Positions 24,933 to 36,875 of a DNA stretch of 64,000 nt are shown here, piece by piece. Location of the stretch: NCBI RefSeq assembly GCF_044704955.1, contig NC_091989.1, positions 98,580,001-98,644,000 of the forward strand, written 5' to 3'. How positions within the stretch are numbered: position 1 is the stretch's first letter; the number at the start of each line of letters is the position of its first letter. The DNA is from Pristiophorus japonicus. Taxonomy: Eukaryota. Under the pieces are notes generated by a model. That model had not been told where the DNA came from. It saw nothing but the letters and a program-made list of their open reading frames with translations, and made no database searches. The position numbers were made by a program, and so were the translations under genes.

Positions 24933-25042
24933 CAACTGAGGCATCTCAGAAGAATATATTCTGTTTGTACCATGCACCAAAAATAATCAAACAAAGATGC
25001 TGAATGGTGCACAGTCTTCCTCTGTCGATTGGTTCAATGCAG
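24933..25042 (-). CDS. Possible upstream exon of the GAIN-domain gene; contains an in-frame TGA at 24987-24989
   Basis: Donor TTG|gtaaag in phase 0, acceptor ttttatgtccag. Reads ALNQSTEEDCAPFSIFV*LFLVHGTNRIYSSEMPQL. A shorter exon from the AG at 24961-24962 would avoid the stop. Confidence 0.35.
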
Positions 25043-25199
25043 CTGGACATAAAATGCAGCTCAATCGTTCATTAGTTTGTTGTTGTGAAATGTGGGTTTC
25101 GAATGTTCAATCCTTTGAAGGTTCTTTTGATTAGAATGTGGCATCATGTCACTTTCAAGTGGTATGAAAATATTGAATAGAAATTTCATTAATATCATA

Positions 25200-25525
25200 T
25201 CATCATAGGCAGTCCCTCGGAATCGAGGAAGACTTGCTTCCAATCAGAGCATGAGTTCTTCAGTGGCTGTAAAGTCCAATACGAGAACCACAGTCTCTGT
25301 CACAGGTGGGAATCTGGTTTGCCGCACGCTCCTTCCGTGGCTGTGCTCGATTTCTGCATGCTCTCGGCGACGAGACGCGAGGGGCTCAGCGTCCTCCCGG
25401 ATGCACTTCCTCCACTTAGGGCGGTCTTTGGCCAGGGACTCCCAGGTGTCAGTGGGGATGTTGCACTTAATCAGGGAAGCTTTGAGGGTGTCCTTGTAAC
25501 GTTTCTGCTGTCCACCTTTGCCGTG
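25200..25525 (-). mobile_element. RTE LINE 3' fragment
   Basis: GGQQKRYKDTLKASL...WESLAKDRPKWR, and tail GAGGGACTGCCTATGATG. Confidence 0.9.
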
Positions 25526-26760
25526 GAAGCTACAGATGAAACCAAAGAGGAATTCTATTCCAGCCTTGAACAATCCCTGTCTCGAGTCCCAACAGGCAAT
25601 TATCTGATCGTCCTCAGCAACTTCAATGCCAGAGTTGGAAAAGACAATGATCTCTGGGGAGGTGCAATTGGCGGAGAGCGGGTAGAGAAAACCAACTCCA
25701 ATGGCACCTCCTCATAACAAAATGCTTAGAACACGGCCTCGTCATAACCAATACCTTGTTCCATCAGAAGGACAAATATAAAGCCTCATGGCAACACCCT
25801 TGCTCCAAGCACTGGCATCTGCTCAACTACGTCATCGTCTGAGCGAGGGACCGCAAGACTTGCGCATCACCCGCGCCATGACAGGAGCCGACGACTGCTG
25901 GACGGACCACAGCCTAAGTGGCTCTGTCATCACCATCAACATTTCCCCAAAACAGCGACCGCAACAGAAACAATGCCGCATGAAAATCAACGCCGGAGCA
26001 CTCAAAGATCCAGCTAAGAAAGCCCAGTTCAGCCAGCGCCTCGCCAACAAATTGACGACTTCCAGTGACCCAGAGACGCAGAGTGTCCACAGTGCCTGGT
26101 CTACCCTCAAGGCTTCCATAATTAGCACCTGCAAAGAGACGCTTGGACACTCGACCAGGAAACACCAAGACTGGTTCGACGAGAATGACCAGGAGACCCA
26201 GGAGCTAATAAGCCGCAAGCGGCAGGCAATTCTGAACATGAAACAGCAACATAACTCGAGAGCAAGAAGCAGCTATACAGATGGCTGAAGGCTGAGGTCC
26301 AACAAAAAACCCGTGACCTAAAGAACAGATGGTGGGAGGATAAAGCACAAGAAATCCAGCAGCCAGCTGACAACCATGACGTGCGAGGATTCTTCAGCGC
26401 AGTCAAGACGACCTATGCCCCAAGCACCAAAGGCCCTACCCCACTGCTGGCCAAGAATGGAGAGGTATTCATCAAGGAAAGAGAGGCAGTCAGTGCCCGC
26501 TGGAAGGAGCACTTCGGGGATCTCCTTAACCGAGACTCTGTCTTCGACGTGAGTGTCCGTGACTCCATCCCACAGCATGCCACCCGCCACCATCTCAGCA
26601 CAATCCCAGCCCGGCACGAGGTGGAAAAGGCCATTTGACAACTGAAGAACAACAAGTCATCAGGAGCAGATGGAATCCCCGCTGAAGCACTAAAACATGG
26701 CGGAGAAGCACGACTGGCGCGGATCCATGATCTCATCTCTCTTATTTGGAAGGAGGAGAT

Positions 26761-29700
26761 TGTTATGTCTTCAGATACTCTGATAATGACTCCATGAGAC
26801 AATGTGTTGTACTTGAACTGTAGTGACCTTAGTCCATTTAGAGATGCAGTGATCGTTACCATCTTTAAAAAAGGGGACAAGTCCGACTGCGGCAACGACA
26901 GAGGAATCTCCCTGCTATCAACCACTGGGAAAGTTGTCGCTAGAGTCCTCCTCAATCGTCTTCTCCCCATGGCCGAGGAGCTCCTCGCAGAGTCGCAGTG
27001 CGGATTTTGTCCACTCCGGGGCACAACGGACATGATTTTTGCAGCGCGACAGCTGCAGGAAAAATGCAGGGAACAGCGCCAGCCCTTATACATGGCCTTC
27101 TTCGACCTTACAAAGGCCTTTGACACTGTCAACCACGAAGGTCTATGGAGCGTCCTCCTCTGTTTTGGATGCCCCCAAAAGTACATCACCATACTCCGCC
27201 TGCTCCATGATGACATGCAAGCCGTGATCCTTACCAACGGATCCATCACAGACCCAATTCATGTCCGGACCGGGGTCAAGCAGGGCTGCGTCATAACCCC
27301 AACCCTTTTCTCAATATTCCTCGCTGCCATGTGCCACCTCACAGTTGATAAGCTCCCCGCTGGAGTGGAGCTAAACTACAGAACCAGTGGGAAGCTGTTC
27401 AACCTTCGGTATCTCCAGGCCAGGCCCAAGACCACTCCAACCTCTGTCGTCGAGCTACAGTACGCGGACGACGCCTGCGTCTGTGCACATAGTCGACGTA
27501 TTTACCGAGGCGTATGAAAGCATGGGACTTATACTAAACATTAGTAAGACAAAGGTCCTACACCAGCCTATTGTCACTGCACAGCACTGCCCCCCAAAAA
27601 TCAAGATCCACGGCATGGCCCTGGACAACGTGGACCACTTCCCCGATCTCAGGAGCCTCCTATCAACAAGAGCAGGCATTAATGATGAGCTCCAACACCG
27701 CCTCCAGTGCACCAGTGCAGCCTTTGGCCGCCTGAGGAAAAGAGTGTTTGAAGATCAGTCCCTCAAAACTGTCACCAAGCTCATGGTCTACAGGGCCGTA
27801 GTAATACCCGCCCTCCTATTTGGCTCAGAGACATGGACCATGTACAGTAGACACCTCAAGTCGCTGGAGAAATACCTCCAGCGATGCCGCCGCAAGATCC
27901 TGCAAATCCCCTAGGAGGACAGACGCACAAACTTTAGCGTCCTCGTCCAGGTCAACATCCCCAGCATTGAAGCACTGACCACACTTGATCAGCTCCGCTG
28001 GGCAGGCCACATGGTTCACATGCTAGACATGAGACTCCCAAAGCAAGCACTCTACTTGGAACTCGTCCACGGCTAACGAGCCAAAGGCGGGCAGAGGAAA
28101 TGTTACAAGGACACCCTCAAAGTTTCCCTGATAAAGTGCGTCTTCCCCACTGACACCTGGGAGTCCTAGGCCACAGACCACCCTAAGTGGAGGAAGTGCA
28201 TTCGGGAGGGCGCTGAGCTCCTGGAGTATCGTCGTCAAGAGCGTGCAGAAATCAAGCGCAGGCAGCGGAAGGAGCGTGCGGCAAACCAGGCTCCCTGCCC
28301 ACCTTTTCCCTCAACGACTATCTGTCCCACCTGTGACAGAAACTGTGGTTCTCGTATTGGGCTGTATAGCCACCTAAGAACTCATGCTAAGAGTGGAAGC
28401 AAGTCTTCGTCGATCCCGAGGGACTGCCTATGATGATGATGAGTCCATTTAATGTAACTCCAGAGTGACGATCACACATGGTGGCCTGCCTTTTATACTA
28501 GGCCTGGCACATCTGTACAGGTAACCTACAAGTCTCCCACTGCAGTGCCCTCTGGTGGCACACCTTGTAATAGTACAAGCAGTGACCATTGTGGGATACA
28601 TGACATCACTCTCCCCCACGTCCTTTGTGCAAATCGCCTCTGCATTGGCTGTGCTCTGTGTTTAGCTCTATCTGGTTCACCCTTGGAGGGTCGTTTCCAT
28701 CTTGGGTGAGTGGTTGGTGTTTCATTGGCAGAAGAGTTGCTGGTAGTTTCCGTTTGTGCGTCTATGACGACTCCATTCTCTCCCCCTCCACATACAGATT
28801 GTGCCGGTGGCTCATTACATTCATATACATTCAAGTCCACAAAAATAATTTGCATTTACAGCATTACATTCGTGGTATTATTGTGAGGCAAGTACATTTG
28901 GCTGGTGAGGTACATACTTGATATACACTTGGAGTCAGTGCTGGGGTCAGCACCGGTGCATGAGGACAAACTAGTGCCAGAACTGCTGGATGGTGTCCAG
29001 GTAGTCTGGTGGTGGCTCGGTGCCCAGTGCTGGTAGTGGGAACCCAGCTGGCTCGAGTTGCCTGCTCTCGTGGCTTTTGCCGTTGCTCCTTCTGTAGGGC
29101 AGATTCACAGATGCCTGTGACCTCCCTGTCCTTTCCTTGCGCCCCGGGTTGCTGCTGCTCACTGAGGAGTGCACAGGGAACTGCTGACTCGCTTGCCTGT
29201 GTGTTATTTGGCTTGGGATCCTGGCTGGTCCCATTCCCATTAGGGAGAACCGTTGCAGGTGACCTTTCATTCCCGGGTATGGCCTTGGTGGCGATAGAGT
29301 CTGGGAGCTGGTGCCATTGGGTGCCGGAGAGGTGGAGCCGATCAGGGGCAGGCTATCGATACCGGTGCCGTTGCCCTCCTGAGATCGCTTGCTCTGCAGC
29401 TTGTATATATTAGCTGCTTGAGCCACACTCCGTGGTGCATCACTCTGGTCCTGAGGATGCAGGCTACAACATTGGGTAGTTCGCTGGACCTGTGTGCTCC
29501 AAATGAGTGTTTGCCTCTGCATTGACAGAATGCAGTTGAAATCCTACATTGCACGTTTTATTACTCATTGCAAATAACCTGTAGCTCCGATCGCAATCGC
29601 GGACTTTTCTTTGCTTATTGCATGTACACAACTCTGATCATCAATTACACATTTTACATCTAACTCACAGTTGCTATTGCATTGATTGAGAATGTGGAAC

Positions 29701-30704
29701 TGTTCCTTTAAGTGTGGTGGGTTGCAGGCCTCCTTTAAGAGAGCCTTGCTATCTTTACCCCAATCCTCTTCTGCGCTTGGTGCCATGTGTTCCTCCATCA
29801 GCGCTGCACCTTGTGGCCTGGCCGCCGCCATCTTTTTCTTCAGCGCCTCACCTCATGGTTTGGGCGCCATCTTTCTTCCATCCACGATGTCGACTGCTGT
29901 GCTCCTCTTCTCCCCAGGTTCTGCTACCGAGGCTGGAAAGTCGCCTTTGGATCCGATGTTCTTCCTCCGGAGTCTTGCCACTGGAGCCTGGAAGGTGCGT
30001 TTGGGTCGTCATGGCCAATTCCAATGACAAAGATATCCCGCAGCACTGGCTTCGGTGAGGTGATCGCCGAAATCACACTGTGCGCCAGCCTCCTGAGGTC
30101 TGCAGCATATTTTGTGATTTCCTGGCCTTCGGCCCGTCATTGTGTATAAAACCAGTGTCTGGCTGTGAGGATGCTCTCTTTGGGCTTGAGTTGTTCTTGG
30201 ATCAGCGTTACAAGCTCCTCGTATGTCTTCGTCATTGTCTTCGCTGGTGCCAGCAAGTCCCTGATGAGGCCATGGATGCTGTGCCCACAACTGGTTAGCA
30301 GGATAGCTCTGCGCTTATCAGCCAGTGTGGCTGGATTGTCACCTGCCAGGTCTTTTGTTGTGAAGAAATGGTCGAGCCTCTCCACAAAGGCATCCCAATC
30401 ATCACCATCAGCGAACTGCTGCAACGTACCAAAGTCAGCCATTTTCGCGTGAAGGTCCGTAATCTCATCGCCAATTGTTATGTCTTCAGGTGCTCTGATA
30501 ATTATTCACGAGACAATGAGTTGTACTTGAACTGTAGTGACTTTAGTCCATTTAATGTAACTCCAGAGTGACGATCATACATGGCCTGCCTTTTATATTA
30601 GGCCTGGCACACCTCTACAGGTAACCTACAAGTCTCCCACTGCAGTGCCTTCTGGTGTCACATCTTGTAATAGTACAAGCAGTAACCATGCAGGATACAT
30701 GACA
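26761..30704 (-). mobile_element. Complete two-LTR, gag-only (non-autonomous) Gypsy/Mag-like element
   Basis: LTRs at 30476-30704 and at 26761-26840 plus 28442-28605, both TG...CA. TSD GAGAT at 26756-26760 and 30705-30709. PBS TGGCGATGAG, PPT GGGGGAGAGTGA. Gag ORF 30137-30442; no RT or IN motifs seen. Confidence 0.92.
26841..28441 (+). mobile_element. 5'-truncated RTE LINE inserted in the 3' LTR
   Basis: RT motifs GVKQGC and LQYADD, (GAT)n tail. 10-bp TSD AGTCCATTTA at 26831-26840 and 28442-28451. Confidence 0.93.
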
Positions 30705-32198
30705 GAGATTATGCCAGGAGATCTCAGAGATGCTGTAATTGTGACCATCTTCAAGAAAGGTGACAAGTCCGACCGCGGTAACTACAGAGAAATCTCCCTG
30801 CTGTCGACCGCTGGGAAAATCATCGCAGGAATCCTCCTCAATCGCCTTCTCCCCATGGCTGAAGAGCTCCTCCCAGACTCGCAATGCAGATTCCGCCCAT
30901 GAAGGGGCACAATGGACATGATCTTCACCATATGGCAGGTACAAGAGAAATGCAGGGAACATCACCAATCCTTGTACATGGCCTTCTTTCACCTCACAAA
31001 TGCCTTTGACACTGTCAACCGTGAGCGATTATGGAGCATCCACCTCAGTGTTGGCTTCCCTAAAAAGTTTGCCACCATCCTCCGCCTGCTCCACGATGAC
31101 ATGCAAGCGGTGATCCTGACCAATGGTTCAACCTCCGCCGCCTCCAGGCCAGATCCAAGGTCGTCCCATCCTCCATCATCGAATAACAACACACAGAGGA
31201 TGGTTGCATCTACGCACATTCGGCGGCCGAACTCCAAGCCATCGTCAACACCTTCACTGAGGCATACGAGAGCATGGGCCTTACATTAAACATCTGTAAG
31301 AGAAAGGTCCTCTGCCAACCTGCCCCCACCACACATCATTGCCCTCCGGTTATCAAAATCCACGATGAGGCCTTGGACAACGTGAACCATTTTCCATACC
31401 TCGGGAGCCAACTGTCAACAAGGATAGACATCGACGACGAGGTCAAACACTGCCTTCAGTTTGCCAGCACAATCTTTGGTCGCCTGAGGAAGAGAGTGTT
31501 TGAAGACCAGGACCTCAAACCGGGCACCAAGCTCATGGTCTACAGAGCAGTGGTGATGCCCACCCTCCTATATGGCTCAGCGACATGGACTATGTACAGC
31601 AGTCACCTCAAAATACTGGAGAACGACCACCAACGCTGCCTTCGCAAGATCCTGCACAGCCACTGGCAGGATAGACGCACCAACATCAGTGTTCTCGCTC
31701 AGGCCAGCATCCGCAGCATCGAAGCACTGACCACGCTCAATCAGCTCCGCTGGATGGACCACATCGTCTGCATGCCTGACACGAGACCCCAAATCAAGCG
31801 CTCTACTCAGAGGTCCGACATGGCAAGCGAGCCCCACGTTGGCAGAGGAAACACTTCAAGGACACCCTTAAAAAGCCGACTTAAAAAAATGTAACATCCG
31901 CACTGACACCTGGGAATTCCTGGCCCAAGACCGCCCAAAGTGGAGGAACAGCATCCGGGCAGGCGCTGAACACCTCGAGTCTCTTCGTCCAGAGCAAGCT
32001 GAAGCCAAGCGCAGACAGCGGAAGGAGCGTGCAGCAACCCAGGCCCCTACCCATCCGTTCCTTCAACCATCGTCTGCCCCACCTGTGACCGAGACTGTGG
32101 GTCCCGCATTGGATTCTTCAGTCATCTGAGGACTCATTTTTAGTCCAGAAGCAAGTCATCCTCGACTCCAAGGGATTACTTATGATGATGATGATGAT

Positions 32199-32512
32199 GG
32201 CAGTCTGTAACTAGTGGGGTACCACAAGGATCAGTGTTTGAGCCTCAGCTATTAACAATCTATATCAATGATTTGGATGAGGGGTCCAAATGTACAATTT
32301 CCAAGTTTACAAAGCTAGGAGGAAATGTAAGTTGATAGGAGAATGCAAAGAGTATTTTTAAAGTGGTGAGAGATTGGGAAATGTTGGTGTTCAGTGGGAC
32401 CTGGGTGTCCTTGTACACGAACCACTGAAGGTTAACATGCAGGTACAGCAAGCCATTCAGAAAGCAAATGGTATGTTGGCCTTTATTACAAGAGGATTTG
32501 AGTATAAGTGTA
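32199..32512 (+). mobile_element. CR1 RT fragment
   Basis: [10 protein letters not shown]...IYINDLD coding sequence, internally deleted. Confidence 0.75.
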
Positions 32513-33224
32513 AAAGTGGCCGAAATTGCCCTCGCCAGGGTTTGGGGCGGTAACCTCCGGACCTGGGCCTTTTTACGCCCGGGTCGGAAGTCCCGCCCAT
32601 CTCACTGAAAAGGACCCTAGCGCCCTGAAACAAGGCAGAGCACTGTCTCATGCACTCCACGTCATTTCGAGGGCTCCCAGGGCAGCAGTGGGGGCGGGCG
32701 CGCAGCTTAGCGCCGTGCTCAACAAGTCAGCATGGCGCTGAAGACGTCAGCACTACGCGCCCGCTCCGTGTAGCGCTGACTCACCACAACACCCCTCCCC
32801 TTCATTTAAAGGGGAGGATTGCTGCAGACTCTGCATGGCCCTTTGTTGGCCAGCACTGGGCCTCCACCGACATTTGTGAGCAGGCCAGCGGCCCGGCACA
32901 CAAGAGAGGGTGCTGGACTGCATGATGGCTGCCCGGCCGAAACAACAGCCGCCTTTATCAGGCCGACAAAAAAAAGGCAAAACCCCCCGCAGAGTGCAAA
33001 CAGGTCGGTGCGGGGTGATGAGAGGTCAGCGCACGGTGATGACATAATCTCCGTGCGCGCCCCAACCTTGGGCGCAAAGTGGGGGGCACAGTGCTAAACC
33101 ATTATCGGCCCCAAAATGATGGGGGCAATTCCGGGAGTGGAGCTTCCGTCGCCCGCCCTCGGGTGAAAAGGGGTTTGCGCCCCATTAGCGCCTACCACAG
33201 CACTCTGTCCCTCCTCTGTTCTAT

Positions 33225-33645
33225 TTCATAGAACATAAGAACATAAGAACATAAGAATTAGGAACAGGAGTAGGCCATCTAGCCCCTCGAGCCTGCTCCG
33301 CCATTCAACAAGATCATGGCTGATCTGGCCGTGGACTCAGCTCCATTTACCCGCCTGCTCCCCATAACCGTTAATTCCCTTATTGGTTAAAAATCTATCT
33401 GTCTGTGATTTGAATACATTCAATGAGCTAGCCTCAACTGCTTCCTTGGGCAGAGAATTCCACAGATTCACAACCCTCTGGGAGAAGAAATTCCTTCTCA
33501 ACTCGGTTTTAAATTGTCTCCCCCGTATTTTGAGGCTGTGCCCCTTGGTTCTAGTCTCCCCTACCAGTGGAAACAACCTCTCTGCCTCTATCTTGTCTAT
33601 CCCTTTCATTATTTTAAATGTTTCTATAAGATCACCACTCATCCA
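33225..33645 (-). mobile_element. CR1 LINE 3' fragment
   Basis: DLIETFKIMKG...RNFFSQRVVNLWNSLP, and a (TTCTTATG)n tail. Confidence 0.9.
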
Positions 33646-33989
33646 GAAGGGTTTTTTCAGGTCGGACTCAGTGAAATTATGGGGGGCTAAATTGGATAAG
33701 GCCCGAAAACGGGTGCAGGGATGGCGATGTGCGATCTCCCCGCACCCATTGACAGTAATGCTGGGAGCATGTGAAATGTGTGCTGCCTGCTCATTAACAT
33801 GATTGAAGCACTGAGCCCAGCACTGAACATGCTGCTGGTTGGCTCGCGCTCAGCAGGGATTAAATATCGTGGGAAGTCTGCTCTGTATTTAAAGGGTGCC
33901 TGCAGAGTGAAACACTGTCTGCATTTCTTAGAGGGGAGGTGCTTTGTTACAGAACTACCTCAGTCTGGCTGGAGCTAAGCAAACCGGAA

Positions 33990-35494
33990 ATGAGCAATGT
34001 CACACCAGGGCAAAGAAAGGACACCTCGGTTCTCGGATGCAGCATTGGAGGCCTTGGTGCAGGGGGTCTACAGGAGGAGACAGATCCTCTATCCACAGGG
34101 GGGCAGGAGGCCTTCCAGACAGTCTTTACGAAGGCAGTGGGAGGAGATCGCAGAAGCCGTCAATGCTAACAGAGTTGCCCCAGAACATGAATCCAGTGCC
34201 AGAAGAAATTTAGTGACCTCACACGAGTGTTCAAGGTGAGTAAATGCACCTTCAAATGCCATATCCCATCAACTGCACCACTAGCCTCACACACTGCTGA
34301 ATGTATGACACCCCATCATTCACCGACCAACAATCTCTAGCAATCACCACTCATACCTCACAATCATAGCTTCACCTCACCCTCACAAACTTACCACTGC
34401 TGCAAGCCCCACACCCACATCTCACACCTTGCACATTCAACCAGCTATTCAACCATGACAGGCACATCCCCCAAACACATCATCATCATAAGCAGTCCCT
34501 CGAATCGAGGATGACTGGCTTCCACGTCAAAAAGCTCACAGGTGTTTCAATGAAGTATCTAAAATTCCAAGTCCCGAACTAAATCTTGAAGGGTGGAAGA
34601 TGCCTGTGCATGGATTTTTTTAACGTATGTTGACCATTGCACACCAGCCACCACACGGGATTGACAGAGCTAGGTCTTGGTCCAGTAGCAAGGATTAAAC
34701 AAGACGACTGGAGACCAGCTCTGCTGCACAGACCTCGTGCGCACACATATCGCAGTTTGGGCTGGCCCATGCTGCCCCTGTGCCCCTGGCCCTGAACTCG
34801 TGCCTCTCCTGGGCCCCGATCACGTCCTTCTACAATCTCTGGTGGCTCCTTCGCCCCGACCTCACTGCTCCTGCTGTACCCACCCATGCTCCAATCAGCG
34901 ACCTGGACCTTGGTGACATCCCTTTTCACTGCCGTTGCTCTCCTGCTCCAGCACGTACTGCTCCCTGGAGTGGTACACCACCACTCTGCTCCTTAGACAA
35001 CAGTGTGGCTCTCCAGTGCAGCACTGAGTGTGGTGCAAACACATTGCACCACACTCAATGACACACTTCCCTTTCTCCTGCAGGCCAAGGTGGCACATAA
35101 CCAGCACGAGCAGGAACAAACAGGCGGGGGGCAAGCCCGGCTGCAGGACCTGACCCAGCTGGAGGAGATGGTTCTAGATGTAATTGGAGGGGCCGTCACT
35201 GAGGCCGTGGCAATCGGCGAGGCTGAAAGCATTGATGAGGATGGTTTGCTCATATCTAATCCTTCTTCTCACTTCCCCTTCACCCCACAATATCTTCTCA
35301 CTTTCAAGCTACTGATGATGCACATCTTGCTCCCCCCTCCCGACCCTTGTGCCTTTCTCCTTTCAGATACCCAGGAACTGCCAGCAACCCAGCCTGTGCA
35401 GGAAGAAGTAAAGGAGGAGAGTTATGGAGAAGAAAATGCACCATCACTCAATCTGACACATCCGGGCATCAGCTCAGAAAATGGCCATGCATGA
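33990..35494 (+). pseudogene. Harbinger Myb/SANT-like DNA-binding protein gene, 3 exons (33990-34235, 35084-35243, 35367-35494), frameshifted
   Basis: RFSDAALEALV...WEEIAEAVNA and KVAHN...TGGG...LTQLEE motifs, GT-AG introns. A TIR-like start at 33681. Confidence 0.78.
34481..35035 (-). mobile_element. Non-autonomous RTE-derived (bipartite) retroposon
   Basis: 9-bp TSD CAAACACAT at 34472-34480 and 35036-35044. Short RTE 3' tail with (GAT)n. Segment 34590-34735 resembles the RTE 5' UTR at 4518-4660. Confidence 0.8.
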
Positions 35495-35829
35495 AATGTC
35501 GAGGGTAGTTTAGAGACGGTGGTGCTGAAATTCAGCCTCCCCGATAAGGCCCGTTACCGCTGAAAAGTGTCGGCCACGCGGCTGCCGAACCCTTCTCAGT
35601 GCGTTATCAAAGCGCGCCCCGCCGATCTCCCGCCCCGCAAGCACAATTCAGGTCAAATATCTTGCGGCCGCCGCACGGTGTCTCCAACAGTTTCTTCTGT
35701 TCTTATAACTATCGCTCGAGCATTGTAATTGTCTTAACTTATGCTTGATTGGATCAACTCAATAAAGTATCTGGTCACCACCCGTAAGGTGTCAGGGTCG
35801 GTATTATTACAGGTGGTGCCAGGAAAAGT

Positions 35830-36360
35830 TTTAAACAGGAGGATGAGAATTTGAAATTCGAGGTATTGGGGCACTGGGGCAATGTCGGTTTGTACAGCAG
35901 GGGTGAGCGGTGAGCTGGGTCTGGTGTGGGACCGGATACAGGCAGCAGAGTTTCGATGAGCTGCCGATTATGAAGGGTAGAAGATGGGGAGCCAGCCAGA
36001 AGTGAGTTTGAATAATCAAGTTGGGAGCTGTCACTGGCATAGATGATGGTTTCAGCGGCACGTGGACTGAGGCAGGGTGGAGGTGGCTGACGTTAAGGAG
36101 GTGGATGAAGGCGGTCTTTGTAATGGAGAGCATATGGGGTCAGAAGCTCAAATCAGGGTTGAATATGATACCCAGATTGGTTCAGCCTGAGACAGTGGCT
36201 GGGGAAGGGCAGGCAATTGTTCTCTTCGGTACGGAGTTTGTGGTGAGCGCTGAAGACAATGGCTTCAGACTTCCTAATGTTTAACCAGAAGAAATTGAGA
36301 CCCATCCAGGACTGAATGTCAGACAAGCAATGTAGCAAGACAAATACAGTGCAGCCGTTG
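35830..36360 (-). mobile_element. L2 LINE RT fragment
   Basis: CLSDIQSWM..NFFWLNIRKSEAI and SITKTAF motifs. Confidence 0.75.
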
Positions 36361-36399
36361 AGTACAGGTATCCTGGATTCTCTCTCTCTCTCACTCCTT

Positions 36400-36870
36400 T
36401 GCTGGGTCAATGTGGAGCTGAATAAGTTCAGATGCATTATTGAATAGGGCCTATGATGATGATGATGATGTGGCTTGTCTAATGCAGTGATGAATTGCTG
36501 ATTAACTGCCATGACTAATGTCACCAGAAGACATCTGGAAACAAACTGGTGCATAAAAATTAATTGCTGCTGTTACCTTCACAGCCACAGACAAGGCACT
36601 GCCCTGGTGGAAAGTGTCTGCAAGTCAGGTTCCAACAGCTGGCACATCTCTGTGATGGTGTCAGAGGGAAAATGCAGCCTTCTCAGACACGGGAAAACCT
36701 AGATGGGTCCTGCATAGTCTGCAGACCCTGTGATGTGGATACCTGCAGGTCGGGTGTTGCCTTCGTACACGCTGCTGCAGTCTCTTGGCCTTCATCCTTT
36801 CCTGCTCCACATCCTCATCATCCTCCTCCTCAAAGCTCAGGAACAATGGAATTGTCATTATTTCACTATC
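36400..36870 (-). pseudogene. Harbinger transposase (HARBI1-like) remnant, similar to 11626-11930
   Basis: RYPHHRVCR and TITEMCQLLEPDL...VAVKVTAAINFYA motifs. Confidence 0.72.
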
Positions 36871-36875
36871 CAGAG

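Larger units (their letters stand above)
25526..32198 (+). mobile_element. RTE LINE (pieces 25526-26760 and 30705-32198), split by an LTR element
   Basis: APE and RT motifs are colinear across the insertion, with TSD GAGAT. (GAT)n tail at about 32182-32198. Confidence 0.9.

Noticed and set aside
24258-24980. 240-aa minus-strand ORF
   Set aside because: It runs through a splice donor into a GC-rich MITE-like remnant; only its first codons overlap a candidate exon.
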